DNA from: Octopus sinensis
Taxonomy: Eukaryota
NCBI RefSeq assembly: GCF_006345805.1
Contig: NW_021836128.1
Location: 62,001-126,000 of the forward strand
DNA: 64,000 nt
Direction: 5' to 3'
How positions within the stretch are numbered: the first letter of the stretch is position 1; every line of letters begins with the position of its first letter. The position numbers and the translations under genes were made by a program. The notes under the pieces were generated by a model. The model saw only the letters and a program-made list of their open reading frames with translations. It was not told the origin of the DNA and ran no database searches. Shown one piece after another: positions 12,830-25,254 of the stretch.

Positions 12830-14960
12830 AGTTGTACTGCCACTACTCGGGGTGCTTTGGACTGTAAGCATATCTTCTTCCTCTACTACATCACCCCCAT
12901 TTCAAATACCCAAATCTAACACCTTCTTATTAAACTCTCGAATAAAGTTCATTCTGTCACTGTCATCACTAAGCTCTCTCAAATCTCCAATTCTTATATC
13001 AAATTTACTTTGGACCAAATATGTAATAAATGAACTGGGTTGGACATATTGGACATTTATGTGTTCTCCCTGTTCTTTTTTACTCTCATTAGAAACATCT
13101 ATTTTATTCTCACAAAGTCTTGCCTCACTAGCCAAATCAACTGCATTTTCTGAAACTGAAATACACTTTTATCGACACCTTCTGATGTACATTGAGAACT
13201 CTCACAAACTGTCCGCATTCCCACAAAATTATTCTTCACTTGTCTTAACAACAACCACAGAGTCACTTCGTCAAAAACCTCGCCAAATCGATTCTAAAAA
13301 ACTAACATTTCTTTCAAAATTCCAGCCAACGTAGTGGACTGTGTAGTGCTTCCCGTCCTCCCTTTCTTCCACTGCCGCGACCTTCTAATTACCAGAAATG
13401 ACTACCTTCACATTGTAGGACATGTTCGAGTCTTCTGACAATATTTCAAACACATTTCCTACCAAAATGTATTGATCTCTCAACCTGCAGTACTCCTCAT
13501 CTTTCACAAACGACTCAAACTCCTAAAAAATATTTAAAACTAAAATTTGACCATTTTTGAAATTTTTTTTCGCGGTGCTGGATTTGTGGTCATCTTGGAA
13601 TGCAAAAATACTCTTTTCTACACAAATAATAAAATCTCGAACTTTTCGTGGAGTGAAGGACTGTCGAATTACTCTCACGTTATTCTCCCTCCAAGAAGCA
13701 CCGGAAATAATACCCGTCGATCTATTGTGGACAACAAACCCAAATTTTTTATTAAAATCTTCAAATTGACTCAAATATCTATAAAATGTGAATCGTAGAT
13801 TATTTCATATAGGCTTGTTTGATTTGGTGAGTTTCACATTCGTAATCCTTCATTTTCTCCCGAACAAAATGCCACTTTGTATCGCGGGAAACCTTCTTTA
13901 TTACACATTTTATGACCTTCTTATATCCTCCGTAGTTTTTTACCACTCGAAAAAATTCGTAGAAATCAAGTTCTTTTCCACCAAGCATAGGAGTTGTGGT
14001 TATCGGCGAAGCACAGTCTTCAAAAAACTTGTAGAAATGAGCCACAAACAAATCCTTGTGTTTTCGATCGCAATGTTCGTCAGAGGACGAGGAATAAGAC
14101 ACAGACTTGAATAAATTAATCCATTTACATTGCTTAATTCAATCTGAATGTTTGTTTCTCCAGATTGGCCTAATGATTCGTTTTTTGACCAGTTTTCAGG
14201 GAGATTGTCCAAATCGTAATAAATGCAGGCCTTTTCGACTGCTTTGAATAAACTGGTATTCAACGGTGCCCTTGTCTTACTTCTATTAAAAGTAGACAAC
14301 TCAGATTTATCCACAACCACACTAATTCTTATTCAATCCCTCTACAATTCATCGTTGTAAAATGAACAAACAAGAACTTGTGTCCCAACCAATCCTTCTC
14401 CCAAAGAATTGGCCGAATTTACACAGACCAGGCCAAGATGGGCCAATTCATCCTCTCCTGAGGGTTCTAGCCAAATTACGTCCCCGATGGCCACAGTCTC
14501 AGTCAAAGATGACTTTGGGGCACTGTGGTTAGAAATGAAGGGAAATAACCCAATTAGTTGTTTTTTACGGACAATTTTTTTGGGGGGATGATTTTTTTCT
14601 TCGATTGGATTTTTGTCAATTTCAGAAAAATATTCAAATTTTGGTTCGTTTATATTTATGAGTTGTTTTATGGATAAAGTCCGCTCTTCTCCGTCATCAA
14701 AAACTTTTATTTTTTTAATTAGAGATAACCCACGGTATATTCACTCAGGTCATAAAATTTGACTACAGTGACTTCTCTTTCGCCTGTTCCGCTGGGATCT
14801 CGCACACGGATGAGAGAGGAGGGCTAGAATATAATGATGTTTATATTTACAGTTAAATTTCCTAAAATATGGTCTTTGTAGTCTACTTTAAATGTTTTTC
14901 CGTCTTTATCTTGTACCTTAGTTTAGTGAGGTTTGATTAGGGTACCTTTATTGTAATTTA
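12830..14960 (-). CDS. ARID4: ARID4A/B-like chromatin protein (Tudor, RBB1NT/PWWP-like, ARID, chromobarrel)
   Basis: SEYTV|FDDGEERTL (Tudor), FKAVEKAC...LPENWSK (RBB1NT), FYKFFEDCASPITTTPMLGGKELDFYEFFRVVKNYGG (ARID), YTVHYVGWN (chromobarrel). Domain order is conserved and introns are tiny. Confidence 0.85.
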
Positions 14961-15042
14961 AAAATATCAAAAATTAATCATTGTATTTATTTGCAAAATT
15001 TTTTAAGGTCAATAATAAATATAATTCTTTAATAACAGAACA

Positions 15043-15501
15043 ATGAATTCTGATATTAATTCAGATAAATTGGTTAACGAACAATACTTATCTCTCGTTT
15101 ATCGTTTAGATTGATGAACGCCTTCATCACAATTATCAAGAAAAAAAACGACGAAGTAAAATTAAAAAAAGTTTTCAAAATCTGAATCAAATCATCCCAA
15201 ATTCAGACAGAAATGTAATTCTTACGTTTGATGTAAATAGATTTCTAGACGTAATATTTTAAAGGCTTCTAAGCAGTACATATCGCTACTATTTGAACGC
15301 TCGGATAGCTTAAGAATCAGCAACGAATGTATAGAAAATAAAATAAAACATCTTGAAAATATATTTTTTCGTTCTCCAGATTTAAAATTAGAAAACTTTT
15401 GCTTAAATGAGCTAATAAAAATGAACGAAATGAGGGAGCAATTAAATCAAGGTAATTTTGAATATTCACTAATTCAAAAGAACATAATTTCAATGAAATA
15501 A
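15043..15501 (+). CDS. MAX: MAX/MYC-network bHLH-leucine-zipper transcription factor, three exons, apparently intact; absent from the ORF track
   Basis: MNSDINSDKL|IDERLHHNYQEKKRRSKIKKSFQNLNQIIPNSDRN|ISRRNILKASKQYISLL...*. Introns at 15073-15109 and 15215-15240. The exact paralog (MAX vs MXD/MNT/MYC) is uncertain. Confidence 0.7.
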
Positions 15502-15799
15502 AAAAATGATCTAAAAGTTTATTATCTTGATTAATTTTCTGTTAATTTTATTTGTGTAAAGTTCACACTTGAATTATTGGCATTTTTTAAATTCCGAAAG
15601 AATTACTTATTTCTTAAATTATATTTAATTATTTTCTTAAGAAATTATAGTAATAAAAGATTAAAAATATATTTATAAGCTAAAATTTATCTGGAACTCT
15701 TATTTTTTTAAAGAGCATTACGTTTAAATTTTGTAATTAGTTTTTATTATCACAATATTGTTTTTGATTTTTTATGTTTCAGACGGTCTTACATACACA

Positions 15800-16390
15800 G
15801 TATGGTTTTTGCTTTTTATATAAAATCTTGGCCTATCTTGGTCCAGATTTTTTGGTCAGCATCGCATACGTCGACCCGGGAAACATTGAATCTGATTTGA
15901 GAACAGGAAAGTTGGCGGGATATTAAGTGGTCCCTATTTCGCAATTTCTAGCTTTTGTGGCTGTTGTTGTTTTCCACAATTTTGGGTGCAGTCCTTCAGC
16001 GACTGGCTCTCCGTCTGGGAGTTGTCACTGAAAAGGATTTAGCGCAGAACTGTCAATTATATTTGCCCAAAGCAGTAAATATAACAATGTGGATTGTGGG
16101 CTCGTACATGCAGGAAGTGATCGGGACCTCGATTGCCTTATATATTCTTTTTCCCAAAAGTAGTCGACTTCTGGAATGTCTAGGATCCCACTCCACTTAT
16201 GATAACTGTTTTTGATACTTTTATTTTCTTGCTTGTGGACTGTTACGGATTCAGGAAATTGGAATTTCTGTTTGCTTCAGGGGTGTTGCTAATGGGAATA
16301 ATGTTCGAATATTTGGTATTCTATTTCCCCTACCTTCAGTACATTGTGAGCGGCCCCAACCAAGAGCAAATCATTCAAGGAATGTTCTAG
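15800..16390 (+). pseudogene. SLC11A: NRAMP/SLC11 metal transporter, N-terminal half only, with an in-frame TAA at 15924-15926
   Basis: [23 protein letters not shown]...|[34 protein letters not shown]. Confidence 0.85.
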
Positions 16391-16459
16391 CCACTTTTCA
16401 ACAAATTTTGTGATCATTTTATATACTTCAAAAAATATTTGCAGAGTATTTTATTGGTG

Positions 16460-17088
16460 AATTTTTCAGTTTGTACGAATAGCCATGATCATATCAGAAT
16501 CTTTAATAAATTCGGCTTTGATTGTTAAAGGGAGTCGAATCCTAATAATTTTCAACGTTGCATATTTTTCACACACAAAAATAATAAAATTCTTAGTATC
16601 TAAAAAATTCATCGTTATCATTATCTTGCTGATTTCGAGCTTACCAGTGCCGTTATATTTATTAACGTTTCGATTATTGTGGCGGCAGTAAAAATATTTT
16701 ACTATCTGCCAATTACTTATATCTGCCAATTACTTATATCTACGAGGGGACTCAGGCCATAAAATCTTGCAATTTTGACACAAATTTGTTTTTTAGTGAA
16801 TCAGTGATTGCAATTGTCATGCGAATTATCGTTATAATTATTGCTATTCATACAGCAAAAGCCCTGGCCAATTATAGAGAGACTTCTTTCTTATTGGCAG
16901 CTGGTTCGTTTTGCTTTATTTTAAACTTTATGTATTTAATATTTTCTTTTCTAGTTGGAAATACTACGATTCGAAAAGAGTTATATTTGACCAAATTTTT
17001 AATATCTCAAATCATCGTCATGTTTCTTATAATTTATAGTCGTCTTTGGGGACAGTATTATGTAAAACAAGAAGATATAAACATTTGA
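16460..17088 (+). pseudogene. Class C GPCR 7TM (7tm_3) fragment, TM3-TM7, disrupted
   Basis: SALIVKGSRILIIF resembles mGluR/GABA-B ALLxKTxRIxRIF. AIHTAKALANYRETSFL resembles AFKTRxxPENFNEAKFI. A 17-bp tandem duplication lies at 16703-16736. Confidence 0.55.
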
Positions 17089-17399
17089 ACACTTGACCGA
17101 TTTTAAGTCCTCAAATTTGTTCGTTTTTTTTAATCTTATTTTAACGGTAATAAAGAGTTTAAGTCATTTTAAAATTGTCTGATAAATTTGAACTTATCTA
17201 AACTGGACTATGCAAGTCAATTTGGCTTTGCCGGCTGTATTTAAAAAACTGTAAACATTTTGGACCGGAGAACTTGTCTAAACTGGACCCTGATAGGACC
17301 ACGAAAATTGGCAGGTTTATGGAGAGGTTTGGTTTACCAAGGTTTTTAGATTTATAAAAATCATCTTATCAGATGGACTTTAAATAAGATTCTATTTAT

Positions 17400-18044
17400 T
17401 AAGAAAATCTATCAGAATTTGTGGATAAAATTAAGTTTGTGAACTGTTTAATCTTAATTATTAATGCCTTTGTTATGAAGTTACAACTGTGGAAAGAAAA
17501 ATTTGAACTGAATAATTTTATTATGTTTGAATCTTTTAAAAATCTGCTAAAATAGATCAATTTGAAACCAAAAAATACTCGACCTTATTTATGCACATTT
17601 AACAAATATTCAAAAAAAGTAAATAAATACTTTCCAGAATTGGCCAATTTTGATTTAAAATTAATTCGTACAGTAAATAAATACTTTTCCGATCCACGTC
17701 TAGTCGATGAAAATATTCAAGCGGCTTTTATTGATATAATCAATATTTTGATTACTAAAGAATTGTATGATAAACTTCCTTTGTCAGAATTTTGGTGAGA
17801 AATGTGTAATTTTTATCCTTTCGTAAGCGGATTAAATTTTTTGCTTATTTTCCGAGAACCTTCAGCACTTCTCAAAATAAAAGAAGATGACTTGAAAAAA
17901 ATGCATCAAAAAAACATCAACCTTCTCATTAATTTTATTTTTTTAATAATAAATTGTGTTTTTAAAAAATAATCTTTTTCTGGGAATTATTTTATTCGGT
18001 TTAGAGAGAGATCCGGTATATTTAAATGCCGGTTAAGACCACTG
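17400..18044 (+). mobile_element. hAT (Buster/ZBED-like) transposase C-terminal remnant with its right terminus
   Basis: INAFVMKLQLWK...KYFP...LSEFW. The terminus ggttaagaccactg ends at 18044. Confidence 0.7.
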
Positions 18045-18163
18045 TATTTTTTATTTTCTTTTAATTATTATTAAACTAATTTTTAAAAAAATAACAGCCA
18101 ATTGATTGTAACGTTAACAATTGATTTAAGTATTTTAAACTTTGTAATACAGTTATTGCATAG

Positions 18164-18433
18164 ATGGAAGAGGGAAGAAGCTCCCTACAGAAAAAGATCT
18201 CTGATGCAGTTGTTGACTTTTTTGGCCTATCAGAAAATGGTTCAGACCAAGATTGGGACAATCGAAGAACTTATGAACAGGAGCTTCATGAGGGGAAACA
18301 CTACACAGGAAACCCATTCCGTGAACAGTCCACACAGAAACAAACCATCTATTGTAGAATTGGCTACCCACAAAATACTAATGTGGACATTGCAGAGTAT
18401 ATTGTCCAGTCTAATAGCGAATGTGCAGAATAG
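18164..18433 (+). pseudogene. RHBDF: iRhom (RHBDF) cytoplasmic N-terminal fragment
   Basis: SLQKKISDAVVDFFGLSENGSDQDWDNRR resembles iRhom [29 protein letters not shown]. No rhomboid core follows. Confidence 0.55.
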
Positions 18434-18449
18434 AGGCACTCGAGACTGT

Positions 18450-21400
18450 TCCCTATTGGTCATGATTGTGTCTCATTCTGCGGCCAAACACGTCGCCCGC
18501 CTGGTGGACATATTTCTCGTCCGGTCGTCCCTCCTTCGTATTATGTACATGCACCAACTCAACATGTGTATGTCCTCGTGTGAGTGTAGTCTTCGATGCC
18601 CTCACATTACCTGCGACCAGCATTCCGTCCTTCTTCTAGTGGAGGCCCTGTGTCGAAGGCCTCCCAATGGGTGGAGTAATATACACAGAATGCATGGAAG
18701 GGGCAGAAAACAGAGACAGGGCAGTCCAGTCATTCCGAGCTGTCTGCAAAGCCAATCCTGCTGCCTCCGTTTTTGAGGGACTATGTGACAAATATTTGGG
18801 TGAGTAGAATGCTCATTCTACTCTTGTCTCCTTCCGAAGTGGTCAAGAAGGAGGCTGTTTTGCAATGCATGGGGTATTTAGCACAATCCACTGCAGTCAC
18901 TGACCAGTTGTGTGAATGTGTCTTTCGTTCTTTACTGTCTCTGATGAGTGAGACCAATTCTATGCGTGTCCTCGATGATTAGGACTGGATGGAGTCTGTT
19001 CAAATGTACTCCCAACATTACTCATTCGGTGTCAGGAGAGCATTCTCAGATATGATCGACTGTGGACTATAGTGGGCTATACTAAACTGGTGGGGAATTT
19101 AGTTATTAATTCATTCGAGGGTATCATTTATTCATTATTGGTAGAACTTGATCAATCACATTATTTAGTGGAGTGATCGTGTTACACTATCCCTCTGTAT
19201 GCTACACTATTGGCATATTCCTCGACAAGTCCATAGTGCTGTATTCCAGAAATGGTTGTATTTGGAATTAATGCCTCAGTCGGACTTGACGTGGCCCATC
19301 GATATTATCTATTTTCACAAATTGTTTGTTCTTGGTGACAAATTGACATGTCATTTCCCGGAGTCCATTGGTGACATTCTGAAGTGTGTGCTCTATTTGT
19401 TTGACAGTTTGGAACATGACAAACTCAATGTTATTTTTTTGTGCCATTGTAGAGGAAATTTTTGTCCGTCTGCTGTGTTTTCTCTCCCTCGCGTTTCCGA
19501 GGAGTCCTCCGTGTCATTATGTGTCAATTTGGCAGTGGCTAACCTCGAAGGCCAGTCTATTCTCAATCTATCGGGCTATATTTCTTTCAATCTTTCGTTT
19601 GCTCGTCAATTCGGGAGTAGCCTCCTCGACTAATTGCTGGAGGGAGACCGAGTTGTTTTCACTGCCGGGGTGACTGAGGAAGAACGTGCCATTATGGAGG
19701 CTTCGGACGGGGGTCTTGTTTTTGACGTCGGACTGGTCGAAGGGTGATTTGTGTTTGTTCTATCGAAGCATTATGGAGACGAACATGAAGGACAGTCGTG
19801 GGAAGACTGAGGAGGTAATGGTTTGTCCTCAAGAGTAGCCCATTTTCACGTGCTTGTATAATGGAGTGTCCATGACTCCCCAACAACTTGCTAAAATCAA
19901 CGAGACACTCTCCCATGAGGCGTCCGTTTCTAAAAGAGTGCATCAGGTCTGATTAGTCACAGAATTCGTAGTTAATCGACAGGCCATATTGGCTAATATG
20001 TCGCGACCCACGCTGGCGACCATCCCACGCTGGCGACCATCAGTTTGACAGGTGATTAGTTTGATATTTAATTTAACCGGAAAAAATTCATTTTAAGAAA
20101 TAGTTTAGCGTCATTTTAGAAAAAAAATTATGGTTTCTCTCAAAAGATGTTAGCTCATATAGTCTTAATTCTTAGGCTACGTGAAAAACGACAGTGAATA
20201 CCAAAATCTGAGAAGTGTACTACTCCAACAACCAGTGATGACTACATCCAAGTCAGAAAAATACAAACTTATGAAAAAAGCGACTCAATTTATCATTATT
20301 AATGATCGGTATATTTGCGACTTCTAACTCATAGTCTTTATCTAAAGGACGAGAATAACCAAAAACACAGATTGGTCATTTGTCTGGACAATGAAATGGA
20401 GATGAGGACACTAGCATTCGCCATTCACCAAGAATCCCACTGGGGAATACGAAAGCTTCAGAAAAAGTGCAGTGAATTTCATTTTACTGTAAAACGTCCA
20501 ATCATCGAACAAATTATAAAAGACTGCGAAATTTGTAAATTTGCCCTACCATTGAAAGTATTTTTAAAAAAATATACCTAGGTGTTGGATTCTAATTACC
20601 ATGTGATTGCAGGAAAACCCAATGAAAGATTCCAGGCGGATCTTATTGATGTTAGAAGATATAAAGAGTTTAACGATGGATGTAATTGGATACTGACAAT
20701 TATTGACATCCACAGCAAATTTGTTGTCTGCAAATCTTTAAAAATAAAACTGCTTCTGGTAAGACTTAAAATTTAATTGAAGAAGTGGTGAATAAATTGA
20801 TATTTCCTTATTCCCAGGGAATATTGTTTGGCGGTGCAAAGTCGCGTTGTTTGAGGGGACTGACCCTGTTGAGCATATATTGGAGGCCATTAAGCTGATC
20901 GAGACCGGGGACAGAGTATTCGCACAAATAGAGAAAAAGAGAGACCTTCTCGTAGCACAGACTTGTTATGTCTGACCAGCAATATTATCTCCTCGGAGTA
21001 TTGTCGTAAAATGGGTCATTCTCTGTCCTCTTCTCCCATCTATGTTCGTCCGATCACCCACTTGATCCACCTTCTGGAAAAGGTATGGGCCCCAATGACC
21101 AGGTGACTCATTCCTCTGACAAATAGACCATTGTCGATATGATACCGACTGACCAGTGCTTGGGGAGGCCACAGTAGTTGATATGACTGACAAGGCCGGC
21201 CACTTGTGAGACAGCTTCTTTGACGTGTTTGCTGTTCTTTTTGGGTTTCTGTGTGATGATAACCCCATGCTCATTGAGACTGCCTATGCTAGTTCTGATC
21301 GCGCAGAAATCTCCAATTATTCCCGGATTGTGTCACCCTTACCAAGTCATGGTGTTAGTATAGTGGCAGGCATTTGATTTAATTGTGACGATCATAATTC
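18450..21400 (+). pseudogene. INTS7: Integrator subunit 7-like HEAT-repeat gene, fragmented and split by Ginger copy 2
   Basis: RLVDIFLVRSSLLRI resembles KLADVFRVGNNFLRL. VFEGLCDK resembles FAVGICNK. VIFLCHC resembles ILMCHC. HILEAIKLIETG resembles SCIAESLKFYHKG. Tiny introns are present. Confidence 0.5.
19999..20800 (+). mobile_element. Ginger-type element copy 2, left terminus plus the 5' part of an intron-containing integrase
   Basis: Starts TGTCGC after taata, with a 17-bp tandem repeat at 20007-20040. Reads HQESHWG...CEIC, ERFQADLID. Introns at 20309-20334, 20558-20581 and 20759-20782. Confidence 0.8.
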
Positions 21401-22088
21401 GAGGGTTAATGTTCAGATTCAACTCTGATGAGTACAAGCAAGCATCCGTTCAGTTTTTCATGTCAATAATATAATGTTCTGCTTTATTTAGCAGTACTGT
21501 GCCATGTCCAGTCTTTTATTTTACACTCATCAACCACTTTCGCATTGTCAAAGAGTCAATATATTAATATTATTACTTTAATGCATCTTTTCCGGTAAAT
21601 GAAAAATGTTTTTATATGACATGTCCTATTCCAAGGGTATGCTACAATTGTTGAAATTGAATTTGTTTTCAATGTTCTCAAGTAGATTCTTCTCAATTTT
21701 CCTTAACTTGTATGCTGTTTCATTCTCGTTGAGTAATTCCTCATTGAACCCTTTTTTTAATTTAAATAAAGATCCCTAAGAGTTTTTGAAATTTTCAAAA
21801 AAGCTTTTTAGCAAATAATTCTACTTACTAGATATTAATGCATCGTTTAATAATTCACCTTAAAATTTTAAAACACTCAGATATACCTTTTGATTCCACA
21901 GAATCCATCCTTTCAACAAGTTTTCACTAGTATCCAATGAACAATTCTATGTGACGTTTAATTTACTCATTTAATTCTGTTGATTGAGACTCTCGCTGTA
22001 TTGAATGTTATTTTAAATTAATATTCAATCATTTGATTTTTTAATTAAAAAATAAGTTAATTTATGGACTGCTGATTTGAAGTAAATA

Positions 22089-22162
22089 TGAGTACCGGTA
22101 TTTAATCGAAAGAATATCTATAGCCATAGTCAGAGGCAATACTCTGGCTATCTGCCAATGAC
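22089..22162 (+). mobile_element. Very short CRE-clade 3' stub
   Basis: EYRYLIERISIAIVRGNTLAICQ*, followed by an AT-rich UTR. Confidence 0.65.
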
Positions 22163-22639
22163 TATTTCTTTTTTGATTTGAAATAAATTAATGTCTAATA
22201 TTGAAAAGTATGATACTCTGGTTATGAAAATATATCTCACTCAACTGACATAGTTAACGAAGAATACAGATCGGGAAGAAAGGGCGAGATTCTATAATTG
22301 CTTTTCTAATAAGCGCAACGCAAAACCAGATTTCGCATGCGCCAGCCGCACAAAGAGAACTTTTTAATGAGGGAGCGAGAGAGTCAATTAATCCACCTAA
22401 TTTTGAATTATTGGGTCCTTGTCTCATCATTTTTCTTTTTAGTTGTTGTGCGGCTGTAACGACACTAGGAAGCTCGTGACATTCCATCCGGGAGTCCATA
22501 CATGTTTGGAATCCGTCACTCGTCAAACCCAATCGGAGCTTCCGGCACAGACAGCCCCTGGGAATCGAACCCAGGACAAAGGAGATTAATAGCAGATAAA
22601 ATATCTATTGGGACTATAGTAAATCTTTCACCAACAACA

Positions 22640-23400
22640 TGTTAACGTCTCGCTTGGGCCAGCCACACAATAGTCAAGTCTCCCGACAAAGCAATCGGAA
22701 TGTTGGGGGGACTGAGACCCTAACAAAAGTAACTAATTGTAATACACGTAAGGCATTGACCCATTCGGAGGTCTACCCAACACTCAACTTCCGTCCCCAC
22801 GACGTGTATTCCAAACCAGTAGTCGGGACAAAAAAGGAACGCCACGTTTTCGTTTTCCGTGCCTCCTCACGTGGAGATTGCATTTCCGTGGAATGTGTGG
22901 GGAAATCACGGAATTTCTTTTGTTTCGAAGGATTGGCCGACTTTAGTTACCTCCCTCCAAAGGATACTCCTCCCTCCAAACTATGAGTGAAGATATGACT
23001 GACTTAGCAGAGTACTCCACGCCCTCCAAGTACATCTTCTATTTCGGGGATAAAGTGCCTAAACAAGCCCTCAACCAACAGATTTGCAACAATTTCAAGA
23101 CTAAACTGTCACATTTGTACAGAGAATTCAAAAAGGTGGATTGTTAGAGCTCATTTCGGTGCTTTGAATAAAAAGTGATTTGGTCATCGTCGGAGATTAT
23201 GGCACGGGGAGTCATCAAGATCCACATTTTCCAGAGATACATCTCAGTGTTCGCCTACACATATCGGAATGGCCCTTGGAGGACTCTCTGGGTGAAGATT
23301 GGGTTTGACCCGACCACCAACCCCTTGGCCTACCAACTCGTGGAAATCCGTTCTTCTAAACGTGTAATTTGACGGGACATTGCAGTGGACTACCCGTATC
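22640..23400 (+). CDS. GTF3C5: General transcription factor IIIC subunit 5 (tau95), with tiny introns and frameshifts
   Basis: KAIGMLGG...LNFRPHDVYSKPV...FEGLADFSYLP and AYTYRNGPWRTLWVKIGFDPTTNP...YQLVEIR (recalled GTF3C5: GPWRSLWIRFGYDP). Confidence 0.8.
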
Positions 23401-23589
23401 CACCCCCCAGCATAACTCGCGGATTATGTATAATTTATCCACGGACTGGCTAATCGGGAGGCGGTCTGGCTAATTCAACGGTTCTCGATCGCCATTATCC
23501 GGAAAAACAGTTTGGCAATCCGCCAGGCATAATACTAACTAAATTATCACTAATTAATTTAATTAGTAAAATTAATAGAGAAAAAAAAT

Positions 23590-23898
23590 TTATCCACCAA
23601 ATCCGTAAATTGTCCTACCTTGACGTTTCAAGGCATTAACAACGTCCATTGCGATAACAGTTTTTCTTTTGGCATGTTCAGTGTAAGAAATACAATCACG
23701 AACAGTTTGCTCAATAAAAATTTTAAGGACAGAACGTGTCTCCTCGTAAATTTTTCCAGAAATTCTTCGAACACCTCCTCTTCGACATAGTCTTCTTATT
23801 GCTGGCTTAGTAATTCCTTGTATATTGTCAATTAATATCTTTCGAAATCGTTTTGCACCACTCTTTCCTCCTTTGCCACCTTTACCACGTCCAGACAT
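23590..23898 (-). CDS. H4: Histone H4, divergent, intronless and intact
   Basis: [10 protein letters not shown]...[23 protein letters not shown]...[10 protein letters not shown]...[14 protein letters not shown]. Confidence 0.97.
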   Translation of the reverse strand: MSGRGKGGKGGKSGAKRFRKILIDNIQGITKPAIRRLCRRGGVRRISGKIYEETRSVLKIFIEQTVRDCISYTEHAKRKTVIAMDVVNALKRQGRTIYGFGG

Positions 23899-24589
23899 TA
23901 GGAAAAATTCTCTAAATCCAACACTGTTTTCAACCTATGCAAAAAAAGTATCATTGCGAAATTTTTTTCGACTAATGCAAAAAAGTATCATTCCAAAAAA
24001 AATTTTCAACAAAATTTTAAGAAAAATCAAAATCTTTCATCTGTAAAAGCTTGCTCCAAAGTTCAAAAACGAACAGCGGTAAAGCCACAGCCTTTTTGCG
24101 AACCAATCAAAGCTGAAGATCCGATAGAACCTCCGAAGTCTACTGTGCTTCAAAAACACAGTGAGACCCAATGCCATCAGACAACAACAGAGCCTAACAG
24201 CTCAAGCCTCACATATACTCTGAGCATCGAAAACCCGGCACTTGGAAAGATTAAGAGGTTTAACCTCCTTTCCAAGTCGCCAACTCCTTCCAAAGCCCGG
24301 ATAACTCTTCAGAAGTCCGGCACATTTATTCTAAAATTCCGATCGCCCGAGGACGCTGCTGCTTTCAAAGCAGAGCTCTCTAAATCTAATATGTTTGGCG
24401 AAGGCGGCCATAAACTTGCCTCAGTAGCGAACTTGATGTTAACGAACTTGATGTTAATAAATTTATTAAAATATTAATATTATGATAATACAATTTTCCC
24501 TTAATTAATTTATCAACAAGCTGGTAAATTCTGGTTTCCAAATTTATTTTATTAATAAATTAAAAAAATTTTATATTTTTAAAAAAAGA

Positions 24590-25048
24590 TCAATTCATCG
24601 TGTCAGTGGGAAATAATTTTTTAATAATCTCCCGCTCTTTCGCCCACTGTTCAAGCTGCATTTTTTTGTCCAACCAATTTTTTTTTTCCATTTTCTTTGA
24701 AATTAATTCGTCAAATGTTTTAAGTAACGAGTCCTTTTCCTCAGATTCGTCCCTTCTATTAGTCTTTTCAATTTCCTTCCAGTTTATTTCGCAGTCCGTA
24801 AAGTAGTCGATACACTGCGAACCAGCGGGTGTCCCATTGTTCAAATCGTGCCTGTACATGTCGATATTTACATATTCCTGTCTCTTTTCGTAGTCGTCAG
24901 AGGAGTAATCCTGGAAGAAAGACTTAAGTGGTGGTAGTTTAATTCCTTTAGTATCCTTGAGCTGACTTTTATCAAAATTCTTTGACAAAAATGTCCCAGA
25001 GTCCTCATTAAATATGTCGTAGTGCCCATAGTAGTCTTTGAAATTCAT
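24590..25048 (-). CDS. Intronless orphan ORF (152 aa, acidic/lysine-rich, coiled-coil-like C-terminus)
   Basis: Intact ATG-to-stop ORF with AT-rich flanks. I recognise no motif. Confidence 0.45.
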   Translation of the reverse strand: MNFKDYYGHYDIFNEDSGTFLSKNFDKSQLKDTKGIKLPPLKSFFQDYSSDDYEKRQEYVNIDMYRHDLNNGTPAGSQCIDYFTDCEINWKEIEKTNRRDESEEKDSLLKTFDELISKKMEKKNWLDKKMQLEQWAKEREIIKKLFPTDTMN

Positions 25049-25254
25049 TTTGATAATTAATTCCTAATAATTATCATTTAAATGAAAATATTCATACCAC
25101 ACTCAATAGAGGACCCTCCACGTGACTTAAAATGCGGCATTTTGACATTTACAAGCAATAAACGCCGTCAATCTCTCAGACGTAATTGAAATTCAACAAC
25201 TCGGATTTAACATTCGTCTGCATTAATAAAAATGATGAGTCTGATGTTCTAATA

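Noticed and set aside
14745-14830. Possible SL RNA or U5-like sequence (ag|gtcataaaatttga, tttcgcct)
   Set aside because: The minus strand encodes the ARID4 Tudor exon (VVKFYDLSEYTV...FDDGEERTL).
22553-22577. tRNA-like T-arm/B-box on the minus strand (ctgggttcgattcccag), just upstream of GTF3C5
   Set aside because: No D-arm, anticodon arm or matching acceptor stem. At most a fragment, and the adjacency to a TFIIIC gene is probably chance.
24050-24430. Possible LINE ORF1/gag fragment
   Set aside because: No diagnostic zinc knuckle or RRM motif was recognised, so it is left unannotated.
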